Shown piece after piece: positions 1-10,504 of a DNA stretch of 64,000 nt. The stretch spans positions 672,001-736,000 of the forward strand of contig JAWLHY010000003.1 of the NCBI GenBank assembly GCA_041690135.1. Direction: 5' to 3'. Origin of the DNA: Armatimonadota bacterium (GTDB taxonomy: Bacteria > Armatimonadota > SYMT01). The notes beneath the pieces were generated by a model. It was not told where the DNA came from. It was given only the letters and a program-made list of their open reading frames with translations, and searched no databases. How positions within the stretch are numbered: the stretch's first letter is position 1; each line of letters starts with the position of its first letter. A program made the translations under genes and the position numbers.

Positions 1-2
1 TG

Positions 3-653
3 GTGTTCTGGCCCAATACCGGAACCTGGGGCGGCGGCGGTCTCTTCGAGACGGAGAACCGGCTTTGCCTGAACCACCGCTCGTGGAGCTTCACACCGGC
101 GGAGGGGAGCGAGGTGCCGCGCGAACTGCGAGTCACCCCACTCGGATCCTACTCCGGCCACGGCGAGGATAGGCCGATCCTGGACCTCCGACTGAAGCGC
201 GACGGCTGGGTGCTGGTGCAGGAGGGCCGCGAGGTCCGGCAGCGGGACGGCGCGCCGCTCTGGATCGTCTACGCCCCGCCCACGATCTGGTCCCGGCCCC
301 AGCCGCAAGCAAAGCATCCCTGGGAGCTCCGGATGATCGAGCGAGGCTTGAAAGAGCGACAGGGGAGCTGGAACGTCGTCGAATACGCGCTTGCCCACCC
401 GGCCACGGGGGCAGAGATCCCGCTCGGGCGGCTGGATTGGGCCGATTGGTGCCGTTCCGGCGATCTGGTGTTCGCTAGGGACGGCGGCGTCTGGCGTCTC
501 CCCACGGGAGAGATCGGGCGCGATGCCCCTCTGGAGAAGGCCCGCCTGCTCGTGGACCTGAGCCCGCTGACATTCCGGGAACTGGCGCCACCGCCCCAGG
601 CGCGGGAATGGTCCGCCAAGGTCCCGCTCCCGGAACCGTATCCCGTGGGATAG
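3..653 (+). CDS. Hypothetical protein, 5' end truncated by the window edge
   Basis: Open frame from the window start to TAG at 651-653. Trp/Gly-rich protein-like composition (WGGGGLF, LDWADW); followed by a terminator-like hairpin. Confidence 0.7.
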   Translation: MFWPNTGTWGGGGLFETENRLCLNHRSWSFTPAEGSEVPRELRVTPLGSYSGHGEDRPILDLRLKRDGWVLVQEGREVRQRDGAPLWIVYAPPTIWSRPQPQAKHPWELRMIERGLKERQGSWNVVEYALAHPATGAEIPLGRLDWADWCRSGDLVFARDGGVWRLPTGEIGRDAPLEKARLLVDLSPLTFRELAPPPQAREWSAKVPLPEPYPVG

Positions 654-678
654 GGAGGTCTGCGCGACCCTGTTTCAT

Positions 679-728
679 GAAGAAAGGGAGAACGGAACGC
701 CCGTAGGGCTCCCGTTCCCCCTTTCTTC
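679..728. terminator. Probable bidirectional terminator hairpin between convergent genes
   Basis: GAAGAAAGGGAGAACGG...CCGTTCCCCCTTTCTTC inverted repeat lies between the stop codons of 3..653(+) and 766..1530(-). Confidence 0.6.
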
Positions 729-765
729 CATTCGTTCGGATCCCCGGACCCGGCTTGCCGGGCAA

Positions 766-1530
766 CTACGGGGCGGCTTCGCTCATCGCCTCGCGCATCA
801 TCTTGAGGGCGCTGCGCTCCAGCCGGCTCACCTGCATCTGGGAAACGCCCAGCACGTCCGCCACTTCCTGCTGGCTGTGGCCGTCGAAGAAGCGCATGCG
901 GAGCACCTGCTGACGACGGTCGTCCAGCGACTCCATGGCGCGGTAGAGCGGGGCCTGCTCGATCATGGTGTCGAGGTGCGGGTCTTCCTGACCCACCGCT
1001 TCGTAAAGCGGCATCCCTTCGGAACCGCTGTTCAGCTCGTAGCGGTCGTCCAGCCCCAGCGGCTGGTAGGCGGCGCCCACTTCCATTGCTTCCAGCAGCG
1101 TCTCTTCCGAGATGCCGAAGGCCTGGGCCATCTCCGGCACCGTCGGCTCGCGCTCCAGGCGGGCATACAGGTCATCCTGCATGCGGCCCAGGTTGGCGGC
1201 GATCTCCTGGAGTTGCCGCGGGACCTTGATGCTCCAGGTGCGGTCGCGGAAGTAGCGCTTGATCTCCCCGACCATGCAGTGCACCGCGTAGGTGCTGAAG
1301 CGGGTGGCGCGCTCCGGATCGAAACGGTCCAGCGCGCCGATCAGCGCGATCCAGGCGGCTTGGACCAGGTCTTCCACGGGCACGCCGGGGCGCGTGAACT
1401 TGTGCGCCACGGAGCGGACCAGGTTCTCATGTCGTTCGATGATCCGGGTGCGAAGCTCCGGATCGCGGGTACGGAGGTAGGTCTCCACCAACTTCTCCGT
1501 CTCGGAGTGGTGCAGAGCAGTGTTTTCCAT
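766..1530 (-). CDS. RNA polymerase sigma factor, SigB/SigF/SigG family
   Basis: Region 2 motifs (EDLVQ, DRFDPERATRFSTYA, GEIKRYFRD, IKVPR) and region 4 HTH (SQQEVADVLGVSQMQVSRLERSAL). Confidence 0.93.
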   Translation of the reverse strand: MENTALHHSETEKLVETYLRTRDPELRTRIIERHENLVRSVAHKFTRPGVPVEDLVQAAWIALIGALDRFDPERATRFSTYAVHCMVGEIKRYFRDRTWSIKVPRQLQEIAANLGRMQDDLYARLEREPTVPEMAQAFGISEETLLEAMEVGAAYQPLGLDDRYELNSGSEGMPLYEAVGQEDPHLDTMIEQAPLYRAMESLDDRRQQVLRMRFFDGHSQQEVADVLGVSQMQVSRLERSALKMMREAMSEAAP

Positions 1531-1850
1531 GGGTGTAATCTATAAGCCCGTGCCGGCTAGCGGCTGTGGGCCGGTATTTGAGCCGGCCTCGCCTCTCGGC
1601 GGTTCGACCGGTAATCGTCGTGAGTGAACGGGGTCCGCATGAGTGCGGGCTCCGTGTGCGATGTATACCCAACGCTGTTCGCCGAACAAACGTGACCCGT
1701 CGCCAGGTGTGACTGATTTCACAGCGAAGGCGAGATTCCGGGTCGAATCTCCGGTTCGGGCCCGTGTAGCCGGTGTCCCTCCCGGGGTAAGTCCCTCCGG
1801 TCGTACCTCCCGGACGTTCGAGATCCGGGGCCGGGCCGGCCGGGTGGTGA

Positions 1851-3998
1851 ATGGCGACACTCTCCGAACACGAGATCTTACTGGGCCTGCTTGCCCTTGC
1901 CCTGATCCTGGTGGTGGGGCGCGGGGCGGCGGAAGTCGCGCGGCGCCTGGGTCAACCGGAAGTCCTGGGCGAGCTGATCGGGGGGTTCTTGTTAGGCCCC
2001 TCTGTCCTGGGGGCGATGCTGCCCCATTTGCACCACGAGCTCTTCCTGGGAGAGGGGGTGGGGCAGGCGCTCTCCATGCTCTCCTGGATCGGCGCGGTGC
2101 TGCTCCTGTTGATCGCCGGTCTGGAGGCGGATCTGGACATCCTCCGGGAGAAGGTCCGACCCGGGAGTATGGCCGCGGCCTTTGCCATCATCCCCTCGAT
2201 CGTGGCGGGGACGCTCTTCGGGATGGGGGTACTGGGGCGACCCGCGGCCGACGGCTTCTTCCTGGGGCTGGTCCTCTCCGTCACCGCCGTCAGCGTGGCG
2301 GCCAAGATCCTGATCGAGCGTGGCACCCTGCGACGGGGCTACGCGCAGGTGATCCTGGCGGCGGGGATCGCCAGTGAAGTGATCATATGGCCGCTCATCT
2401 CCATGGTGGGCTCTCTGCAGAGCGGCAACCCCGTGGCGGCGGGGCTCCGGAGCGCCCTGTTTGCTGCCTTCTTCTTTGTGCTGATGATGACTGCGGGGCG
2501 CCGTTTCACCTTCTGGGCGATGCGGCGCATGGCGGATATGACGCAGGTAGTCAACGGACAACTCTCCCTGGTGCTGGTGCTGGCCTTCCTTTCCGCCGGG
2601 ATCACGCAGGCGCTGGGCCTGCACGCGCTGTTGGGAGCGTTCGTGTTCGGCGTGCTGCTGGGCCAGGCCCCGCGCGCGACGGTGCAGCTCCGGGAGAAGG
2701 TCCAGACTCTCACCGTGGGCCTGTTCGCACCCGTGTTCTTTGTGCTCGCCGGCATGCGGGTGGACATCTACCGGCTCGAGGACCCGCTTGCGGCGGTTAC
2801 CGTGCTGCAGCTCTTCGTGGTGGCGAGCGTGGTGAAGGTGGGACTCGGGGCGCTGGGAGCGCGGTTGGGCGGCCTGCGCGGCTGGGAGCCGGCCCTGGTG
2901 GGCATCGGGGTGAACCTGAAGGGCGGAACGGATGTGATCGTGGCGATCCTGGGTGCCGAGCTCGGCCTGTTCTCGGACACGGCCTACACCCTGTATGCGG
3001 TGGTGGCGATCCTGACCGTGCTCGTTTCCCCGCCGCTGCTCAACCTTCTGGAGAGCCGCGTTCCCCCCTCGGAAGAGGAACGGCAGCGCCTGGATCGGGA
3101 GGAAGCCCGCCGCCGCGCCTACCTCACCGGCATCGAGCGGGTGCTGGTGCCGGTGGTACCGGAGCTGCTGCCGACTGCGGCCGCCCGGCTGGTCGAGACC
3201 CTGTCGGTCGCCAAGCAGAACCAGGGGGAGACCTTCGACATCACCGAGTTGATCCCGAGCGGCGAGCGGGCCATCGTCGAGAAGGCGCCGCAGGTGCTGG
3301 AACGAACCGAGAAGCGCCTCACCGCCGCGAGCGTGCACGAAAAGGTGGAGCTGACGGCGGAGCGGACGGCGGCCCGCGGCCCGGTGGAAGCGGTGCTCGA
3401 AGGGGCGAAGACCCATCAACTCCTGGTGATCGGCGCCCATGCCCCGGAACCCCGCCCGCTGCTTTCCCTGGGCGAGCTGCAGGACCGGATCATCGATGGT
3501 ACCGACAGCGACGTGCTGGTGGCGATTCAGGATGGTCGCCCCCTGCCGCGCCGCGTCCGCCGGATTCTCCTCCCGGTCAACGGGCAGGACTACTCCCTGG
3601 CGGCCGGCGACGTCGCTGCGTACCTGGCGATGGTCCACCAGGCGGAGCTGGTCCTGTTCACCGTGGTGCGGTCGCAGTTGGGGCCGTACCAGTGGCGCGC
3701 TCGCGAATACCGGGACCTGCTGGAAGCCGGGCACCGGAGCCTGAACGAGCTGCGCTTCCGAATCGGCTGCCTGGGAGTCCGCCTCACCGAGCGAGTGCGC
3801 GTCGGCGGCGACGCGGGCCAGGCGATCCTGCGGGAGTTGGACGACCGATCGTACCAGATGGTCGTCCTCGGCGCCTTCGACCGCAGCGGCGACGACCGGT
3901 TGAGCCTGGGGGGCACGGTGCAGTCGGTGCTCACACACGCCCGCACCCCCTCCGTGGTGCTCATCTCCCACAAGCAGGCCGGCCGGGAGGACGGATAG
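1851..3998 (+). CDS. Cation:proton antiporter (CPA2) with C-terminal universal-stress-protein-like domains
   Basis: N-terminal multi-TM region (LGQPEVLGELIGGFLLGPS, LGAFVFG, FAPVFFVLAG). C-terminal RVLVPV / RRILLPVNG USP-like repeats. Confidence 0.88.
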   Translation: MATLSEHEILLGLLALALILVVGRGAAEVARRLGQPEVLGELIGGFLLGPSVLGAMLPHLHHELFLGEGVGQALSMLSWIGAVLLLLIAGLEADLDILREKVRPGSMAAAFAIIPSIVAGTLFGMGVLGRPAADGFFLGLVLSVTAVSVAAKILIERGTLRRGYAQVILAAGIASEVIIWPLISMVGSLQSGNPVAAGLRSALFAAFFFVLMMTAGRRFTFWAMRRMADMTQVVNGQLSLVLVLAFLSAGITQALGLHALLGAFVFGVLLGQAPRATVQLREKVQTLTVGLFAPVFFVLAGMRVDIYRLEDPLAAVTVLQLFVVASVVKVGLGALGARLGGLRGWEPALVGIGVNLKGGTDVIVAILGAELGLFSDTAYTLYAVVAILTVLVSPPLLNLLESRVPPSEEERQRLDREEARRRAYLTGIERVLVPVVPELLPTAAARLVETLSVAKQNQGETFDITELIPSGERAIVEKAPQVLERTEKRLTAASVHEKVELTAERTAARGPVEAVLEGAKTHQLLVIGAHAPEPRPLLSLGELQDRIIDGTDSDVLVAIQDGRPLPRRVRRILLPVNGQDYSLAAGDVAAYLAMVHQAELVLFTVVRSQLGPYQWRAREYRDLLEAGHRSLNELRFRIGCLGVRLTERVRVGGDAGQAILRELDDRSYQMVVLGAFDRSGDDRLSLGGTVQSVLTHARTPSVVLISHKQAGREDG

Positions 3999-4587
3999 TT
4001 CCTTGCCCCTCACCGGCGTGGGGGCGATGCGGGGCGGGTCCGGACGCCGTATACTAAGGGTACCCTGTTCCCGCGCCGGGTACCCACCTGCGGGTGTGGG
4101 CGTGGGCGCGTACCTGTTGGCCCAACGACCAGGGACCCGGGGTTCTCCGCAGGGGACGGGGGACTCCGTTCGCAGCCGGGGTACCCGCAGGGTGGGTCGA
4201 TAGGCCGCTCTTCCACTTCTCAGACCGGCTCTTACGCTGCGCTCGGGCTCGCCGCCCCGCGACGCACCACTTGGAGCGCCGGACGCCGAGGAGCACCGGA
4301 AAGCCGCCTCCCCGTACCTCCCCGCCGTTCCGGGAAAGCCCATCGGCTCTCCCAACTCGCTGAAACCAACCGGGGACCTGCCCGCGTAGGGTCTTCCGGA
4401 CACGACAGCGGCAAACCGTGCCGGTCGAGCAGCGTGGAGAGAACACGCCATGCACGCAGTACTGAATCGGACCTCTCCACGCGGGAACCCGCCGGGAGAG
4501 GAGCGAAACCGCCGCGGCGCCGGGGCACGGACCGGGCAGAATGGAATGAGGGAAAGAGACGGGGAATGGATATAGGGGGAGCTTAGG

Positions 4588-6300
4588 GTGCACGATCACG
4601 AGTTGCTGACCAACCTCGCGATCGCCTTGCTGGCTGCCGCCGTGGGTGGGTTCGTGGCCCGCCTGTTGCGGCTGCCGCTGCTGGTGGGTTACCTGCTGGC
4701 CGGAGTGGCGGTCGGGCCGCACACGCCCGGGATCACGGCCAGCGCCGACGCGGTGCACGCGGTGGCAAAGCTGGGAGTCGCGCTGCTGATGTTCGCGGTG
4801 GGCGTCCAGTTCCACCTGGAAGAAATGCTGGCAGTCCGCCGCATTGCGCTGCTCGGGGGAGCGGTGCAGATCGGGGGGACCGTCCTGCTCGGCTGGGGCG
4901 CGGGCCTGGCGCTGGGCTGGGGCCATTACGGCGGAATCTTCCTGGGGTGTGCCCTGGCGCTCTCCTCCACGGCCGTGATGATGCGCATCCTGGAAGAGCG
5001 GGGGGAGCTGGGGACCAGTCACGCCTCGGCAATGCTCGGGATCCTGGTGGTGCAAGACCTCTCCCTGGTGCTGATGGTCACTCTGCTGCCCTCCCTCGCC
5101 ACGGTGGCGGCGGAGGGGCCGCGAGCGCTCACCGACCTGGGGCTTTCCCTGCTCCGGGCCACTGCGCTGGTCACCGTAACGCTGCTGCTGGCCCGCCGGT
5201 GGATCCCGGCGCTGCTGGAGCGAGCGGCCCGTGTCAACTCCCAGGAGTTGTTCCTGATTCTGGTGGTCTGTGTCTGCCTGGGCGCCGCGTACCTGGCGCA
5301 GGTGGCCGGGCTCTCCCTGGAGATCGGCGCGTTCCTGGCCGGTCTGGTCATCTCGGAGAGCGACTATGCCCACGAAGTCTTCTCCCAGATTCGGCCGGTC
5401 CGGGACATCTTCGCCTCCCTCTTCTTCGTTTCGGTAGGGATGCTTCTCGAGCCGGCGTTCTTCGCCCAACACCTGGGCACGATCGGCATCGTGGTGGCGG
5501 TGATCCTGCTGGGTAAGCCGATCCTGGCGGCGCTGCCGGTCTTCCTGCTGGGGTCTCACGGCCGCACCGCCATGCTGGTCGGCCTGGGACTGGGGCAGAT
5601 CGGGGAGTTTTCCTTCGTACTCGCCTCCGTGGGCAGCGAGCAGGGCCTGATCCCGGAAGTGGAGGCCGGCGTCATCCTCGCCGCCGCCCTGGTCACCATC
5701 CTGCTCACGCCGGCCGTTTACGGCTCGGCGAGCCCGGTGTACGGCGCGCTGAACACGGTTCCGGCGTTTTCCCGCATCCTGAACCGGCACGTCGGGAAAG
5801 AGGGGCTGACCCCGGCGCACGCACAGGAAGCTCGGGTGCTGATTGTGGGCTGCGGGCGGGTCGGGAAGCATGTTTCCCAGGCCCTGAGCACGCGGGGGAT
5901 CCCCCACATCGTGGTGGAGTACAATGCCGAAGTAATCGCCCGGCTCCGCTCGGTAGGCATTCCCGTCATTTACGGAGATGCGAGCTCCGAAGTCGTGTTG
6001 AGCAAGGCACTCTCCGCCAGGATCGAGATGGCGGTGGTGGCCCTGCCCGAAGCGGGGATGACCCCGATTGTGGTCCGACTGCTGAAGCAGCTCAATCCAG
6101 GTCTGCCCGTGATCGCGCGCGTGCACCACGGCGCCTACATTCCGCGGGTGCGCGCCGCGGGGGCGGACGAGGTCATCCACGCGGAGTTCGAAGCTTCCAC
6201 CGCCATCATCCGGCACGGCCTCGCGCGCCTGGGCTGTCCCGAGGAAGAAACGGAACAGTATCTGGAGGAAATCCGGCGAGTCCGCTACCGTATGGAGTGA
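4588..6300 (+). CDS. Kef-type K+/H+ antiporter (CPA2, YbaL/KefC-like) with TrkA-N (KTN) domain
   Basis: GYLLAGVAVGP, LALSSTAV, GILVVQD, GAFLAG, RDIFASLFFVSVG, QIGEFSF motifs; C-terminal IVGCGRVG and YGDAS. Confidence 0.92.
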   Translation: MHDHELLTNLAIALLAAAVGGFVARLLRLPLLVGYLLAGVAVGPHTPGITASADAVHAVAKLGVALLMFAVGVQFHLEEMLAVRRIALLGGAVQIGGTVLLGWGAGLALGWGHYGGIFLGCALALSSTAVMMRILEERGELGTSHASAMLGILVVQDLSLVLMVTLLPSLATVAAEGPRALTDLGLSLLRATALVTVTLLLARRWIPALLERAARVNSQELFLILVVCVCLGAAYLAQVAGLSLEIGAFLAGLVISESDYAHEVFSQIRPVRDIFASLFFVSVGMLLEPAFFAQHLGTIGIVVAVILLGKPILAALPVFLLGSHGRTAMLVGLGLGQIGEFSFVLASVGSEQGLIPEVEAGVILAAALVTILLTPAVYGSASPVYGALNTVPAFSRILNRHVGKEGLTPAHAQEARVLIVGCGRVGKHVSQALSTRGIPHIVVEYNAEVIARLRSVGIPVIYGDASSEVVLSKALSARIEMAVVALPEAGMTPIVVRLLKQLNPGLPVIARVHHGAYIPRVRAAGADEVIHAEFEASTAIIRHGLARLGCPEEETEQYLEEIRRVRYRME

Positions 6301-6363
6301 GCCCCCGTTCTGTAATGCACCCCGTCGTGGACGTCCGAAAACGGGCGTAGGAAGGCCCCTTGC

Positions 6364-7410
6364 ATGCCGAATCCCCAGGCGCCTCAATCCGGTATCCTGC
6401 GGCTGCCGGAGCTCTCGCCGCTCCCCGCGCTGCTCCGGCGCGTGGCGCTGGCGGTCGGCCTCATCGTCGCGGTGGCGCTCATGCTGTGGCTCAACCGCGA
6501 GGGGCTGCGCGACAACACCCATCCCGACCGTCCCATCGGGCTGGTCGACGTCTTCTACTTCACCGTCGTCACCCTGACCACGGTCGGCTACGGGGATATC
6601 ATCCCGGTCACCGCCGAAGCGCGCCTGGTCAACGCGGTGCTGCTGACGCCGATCCGGGTCTTCCTCTGGGCCCTGTTCCTCGGGACTGCCTATGAGCTGG
6701 TGCTGCGGCAGTATCAGGAGAAGGTGCAAATGCAAAAGCTCCATCAGCGACTGAACGGCCACACCGTTCTCTGTGGCTACGGCGTGAAGGGCCGGACCAT
6801 CGTCTCCGAGCTGCTGTCACACGGTCATCTACCCTCCGAGATCGTCGTCATCGACCCGGATGAGGAGATGGCCCAGGAAGCGGCGGCGCAAGACCTTGTC
6901 GCACTCCGGGGTGATGCCTCCGCGGAGGCGATCCTCCGCGCGGCCGTGGTGGAACGGGCGGGGCACGTAGTGGTGGCTCCTAACCGCGACGACGCCAGCG
7001 TGCTGATCTGCCTGACGGTCCGCACCCTCGCGCCCCAGGTGCGCCTGGTCGCGGCGGCTCGAGAAGAGGAAAACATCAAGCTGCTCTATAAGGCGGGGGC
7101 CGACGTGGTGGTTGCCCCCTCCGTATCCGGAGGGCGGCTCATGGCCGCCGCCGTGCGCCAGCACGCCGTCACCGGCTTCCTGGAAGACCTGCTGGAATTC
7201 GGTGCGGGGGTAGACGCCGGGGAACGGTTGGTGCGGGCGGAGGAAGCGGGGCGTAACGTTTCCGATCTCCCGGATCTCCGCGGCAAACTCGTCATTGGCG
7301 TCAGTCGCGCCGGAGAGCGCTGCCCGTTCCACCGGCTGGGGGACTGGGTCCTGCAGCCCGGGGATGTGGTCGTCTACCTGACGGCTGCCCCGGAGTCGTC
7401 CCGGGGTTAG
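6364..7410 (+). CDS. Potassium channel protein (two-TM pore plus TrkA-N/RCK domain)
   Basis: K+ selectivity filter TLTTVGYGD; RCK motif LCGYGVKG...GDAS. Confidence 0.93.
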   Translation: MPNPQAPQSGILRLPELSPLPALLRRVALAVGLIVAVALMLWLNREGLRDNTHPDRPIGLVDVFYFTVVTLTTVGYGDIIPVTAEARLVNAVLLTPIRVFLWALFLGTAYELVLRQYQEKVQMQKLHQRLNGHTVLCGYGVKGRTIVSELLSHGHLPSEIVVIDPDEEMAQEAAAQDLVALRGDASAEAILRAAVVERAGHVVVAPNRDDASVLICLTVRTLAPQVRLVAAAREEENIKLLYKAGADVVVAPSVSGGRLMAAAVRQHAVTGFLEDLLEFGAGVDAGERLVRAEEAGRNVSDLPDLRGKLVIGVSRAGERCPFHRLGDWVLQPGDVVVYLTAAPESSRG

Positions 7411-7808
7411 GCTCTTCTCAATTCCACTCCCCGGTCGACTGATGAGCGCTACCCAGGGCTGCTGGAACCGGTTCCGGGGCACCACCATCTCCACCACCCC
7501 CGCGTCAGCCATAATCCCCGCAGTGGCTAAATAAAGCCCTTAATCTCACCGAGAGATCCCTTTCCACTTTCTAAATACCTCCGTTACCCGCTCCCTGGTT
7601 CGAGGTTCCGTTGCCCGGGGAACACACTGCCCTAAAACTCTGGAAATAGCGGCAGTGAAAGTCTGACCGGGAGGCGAACGATGTCAGAGCCGCAAGATTC
7701 GACCTCGTCTCGGACGCAGAGTACGCGAAATGCTTTTCGTGTCGATGAGCGACTTAAGTAGTTCTTTACGTTTTCTTAATTCCGACTACCCTCCCTCTCA
7801 CGGGCGCC

Positions 7809-9881
7809 ATGTCCTGCGAATCCTCCCCCTCGACCCAAGACCTGCGTGATGCTCTGCTCGAGGGCCTCCTCTTGATGACCCCGGAGGCCATTCTCAGCAC
7901 GGACCGCCATCAACGGATTCTTTCCTTCAATCCCGGCGCGGAGGCGATCTTCGGCTATCGAGCCCACGAAATCCTGGGGGAGTCCCTGGAACGTCTCATC
8001 CCACAGCGGTTCCGGGAATTCCACCGGGAGCATGTGCGGCGGTTCGGCGCGGGCGGAAAGCAAAGCCGGCCGATGGGCGAGCGCTCCGAAATCCTCGGTC
8101 TCCGCAAAAGTGGCGAGGAGTTTCCGGCCCAGGCGTCCATCTCTTACATCCCGCACAACGGGGGCATGTACACCGTAATCCTGCGGGACGTCAGCGAGCA
8201 ACGGAGAACACAGGCGGCGCTTGCCCAGGCGGAACACTTTGCCCGGGACGCCATCCGCTCCATCGCCGAGGGAATCTCCAACCTTACGGGAGAGCCCTTC
8301 TTCCGGGAGCTGGTCCAGCGGCTGTCCCGTGAGCTCCGGGTGGACTATGCCTTCATCGCAGAGTTGGATCGCGAAACCCAGAAGTCGGTGCGCACGGTCG
8401 CGGCGTGCGTGCGGGGCACCTTCGGTCCCACCTTCGACTATTCCCTCCCCGGAACTCCCTGCGAGGGCCTGCTGAGCGAGGACTGCTGTGTCTACCCGGC
8501 GGGGATTCGGCGGTACTTTCCGGGAGATGGCCTGCTTGCCCGGCTGCAAGTGGAGGCTTACCTCGGTGTGCCGCTCCGGGCGCAGGATGGAAGAGTCGTG
8601 GGGATCCTGGTGGCCATGCACTCTCAGCCCCTGGAGGAGACGGAGATCGCCGTCTCCACGCTGCGTATCTTCGCGTCCCGCGCGGCGGCCGAGTTGGAGC
8701 GGCTCCGCTCGGAGGCGGCTCTCCAGGAGAGCGAAGCGCAACTCCGCCAGATTCAGAAGATGGAAGCGATTGGGCGCCTGGCCGGCGGGATCGCGCATGA
8801 CTTCAACAACCTGCTCGCGGTGATCAACGGCTACAGCGAACTCGCTCTGCAACGGACCGACCTTCCGTCCGGACTGCCGGAGCTTCTCGGGGACATCCGG
8901 GCCGCCGGAGATCGTGCCGCCATCCTCACCCGGCAACTCCTGTCGTTCAGCCGGAGACAGGTCGGCCAGCCCGTTCTTGTCGATCTGAACGAATCGGTGA
9001 CGCACCTGGAGCGGATTCTGCGCCGTTTGATCGGCGAGGATATCGAACTGCGGATCCAGCCGGCGGCCGAGCCAGCGCCGGTGTGGGCGGACGCCGGGCA
9101 GCTCGCCCAGGTGGTCATGAACCTGGTGGTCAACGCGCGGGATGCGATGCCGCTGGGCGGCCTGATCGAGGTTTCGGTGGAGTTCTGTGAAACGCCGCCG
9201 CCCGATGCGCCACCCTCCCGTTCCTCGCCGCCCGGCTGGGCCAGGTTGACGGTGCGGGATACCGGCTGCGGGATCGATACGGAAACGCAGGGGCGTATTT
9301 TCGAGCCGTTCTTCACCACCAAGCGGGAAGGGGAGGGAACCGGGCTTGGGCTGGCCATTGTTTACGGGATCGTCCAGCGCGCCGGGGGAACCATCGAGCT
9401 GGAAAGCGAGGTGGGGAAGGGCACAACTTTCCGTGTCCTTCTGCCGCTCGGTGTCAGGGATGACTGCGTGCTTCCCGAGAAGCAGAGGGCCGAACCCGCT
9501 ACCGGTAGTGAGACGGTGCTGGTTCTGGAGGACGAGGAGCTCCTACGGAACCTGATCCGGGATGTGCTTCAGAGTGCGGGCTATCGGGTTTTGCTCGCCG
9601 AGAGTGCCGAGAAAGCACTGCGTGTTTGTGCCGAGGAAACGGGCCCCGTCCACCTCCTGGTGACCGATGTCGTCATGCCCGGCATGAACGGACGCGAGGC
9701 CGCCGAGCACCTTGCGGCGCTTCGACCGGGTATCCGGGTACTCTTTATCTCCGGGTACGCGGAAGATGAAGTGCTGCGCTATGGGATCTCCCTCCGCGAT
9801 GCCCTCTTCTTACCCAAGCCGTTTACCCCCGCGCAACTCACTCGCACCATTCGCGAGATACTCGACAATGGGCCGCGATGA
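7809..9881 (+). CDS. Hybrid sensor histidine kinase (PAS-GAF-HisKA-HATPase-REC)
   Basis: PAS (FNPGAEAIFGY), H-box AGGIAHDFNNLL, N-box NLVVNARDAM, G-boxes DTGCG, FEPFFTTK, GTGLGL; receiver LLVTDVVMPGMNG...KPF. Confidence 0.95.
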   Translation: MSCESSPSTQDLRDALLEGLLLMTPEAILSTDRHQRILSFNPGAEAIFGYRAHEILGESLERLIPQRFREFHREHVRRFGAGGKQSRPMGERSEILGLRKSGEEFPAQASISYIPHNGGMYTVILRDVSEQRRTQAALAQAEHFARDAIRSIAEGISNLTGEPFFRELVQRLSRELRVDYAFIAELDRETQKSVRTVAACVRGTFGPTFDYSLPGTPCEGLLSEDCCVYPAGIRRYFPGDGLLARLQVEAYLGVPLRAQDGRVVGILVAMHSQPLEETEIAVSTLRIFASRAAAELERLRSEAALQESEAQLRQIQKMEAIGRLAGGIAHDFNNLLAVINGYSELALQRTDLPSGLPELLGDIRAAGDRAAILTRQLLSFSRRQVGQPVLVDLNESVTHLERILRRLIGEDIELRIQPAAEPAPVWADAGQLAQVVMNLVVNARDAMPLGGLIEVSVEFCETPPPDAPPSRSSPPGWARLTVRDTGCGIDTETQGRIFEPFFTTKREGEGTGLGLAIVYGIVQRAGGTIELESEVGKGTTFRVLLPLGVRDDCVLPEKQRAEPATGSETVLVLEDEELLRNLIRDVLQSAGYRVLLAESAEKALRVCAEETGPVHLLVTDVVMPGMNGREAAEHLAALRPGIRVLFISGYAEDEVLRYGISLRDALFLPKPFTPAQLTRTIREILDNGPR

Positions 9882-10058
9882 TCTGGAGTGGGATGGCGCA
9901 CGCGTACATCAATCTGCGATGCGGATTGGCTCCTTCCGCTCTCCCGGGCGAGACACCGCGCGCCGAAGCTCAAATTTTTTTGCCTGAACCCAACAAAATG
10001 GGGGTCTGCAGGGATCTAAGCGGATGAACCTGCGGCGGGAGACCTTTACCGCGCTCGA

Positions 10059-10361
10059 GTGAACCCCCGTCCCGACGCAGTTCTTCAGGCGGCGATCGTG
10101 TTGGAACAGGCTACACAATCCAAGACTCGCGTCAGTGGTTACCAGCGTGGCGCCCACTTTGCCCTGGAGCCGGACGGCACCCCCGGTTGGGAAGAGATCA
10201 CCCTGGAACTGGAGCCACAGGTCCGTATCGAGCGGAGTGGTAGGGGACAGTTGTTGCTCTACCGCGGGTATCTCTCCTTCGGTATGGGTCTACCTACGGC
10301 ATTGAAGCTGGGGTGGTGCCGGGTAGTGGGAACCAAGGAGGGGGGTTGGGAGGGCGACTGA
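10059..10361 (+). CDS. Hypothetical protein
   Basis: 100-aa ORF with plausible composition in an otherwise empty interval; no motif recognised. Confidence 0.5.
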   Translation: MNPRPDAVLQAAIVLEQATQSKTRVSGYQRGAHFALEPDGTPGWEEITLELEPQVRIERSGRGQLLLYRGYLSFGMGLPTALKLGWCRVVGTKEGGWEGD

Positions 10362-10504
10362 TCTCACGTCTCCCGGTACCGTAGAGGGCTATCCCCAGGC
10401 CAAGGGACGATCGTCCGGGCGCTGGAGCCGTGGCGGGACGAACGTCCCGTTCACAGAAGGGGGTCTGCACCGAAAAGTGAATTAGAGGGTCCGGCGCCAC
10501 GGGT

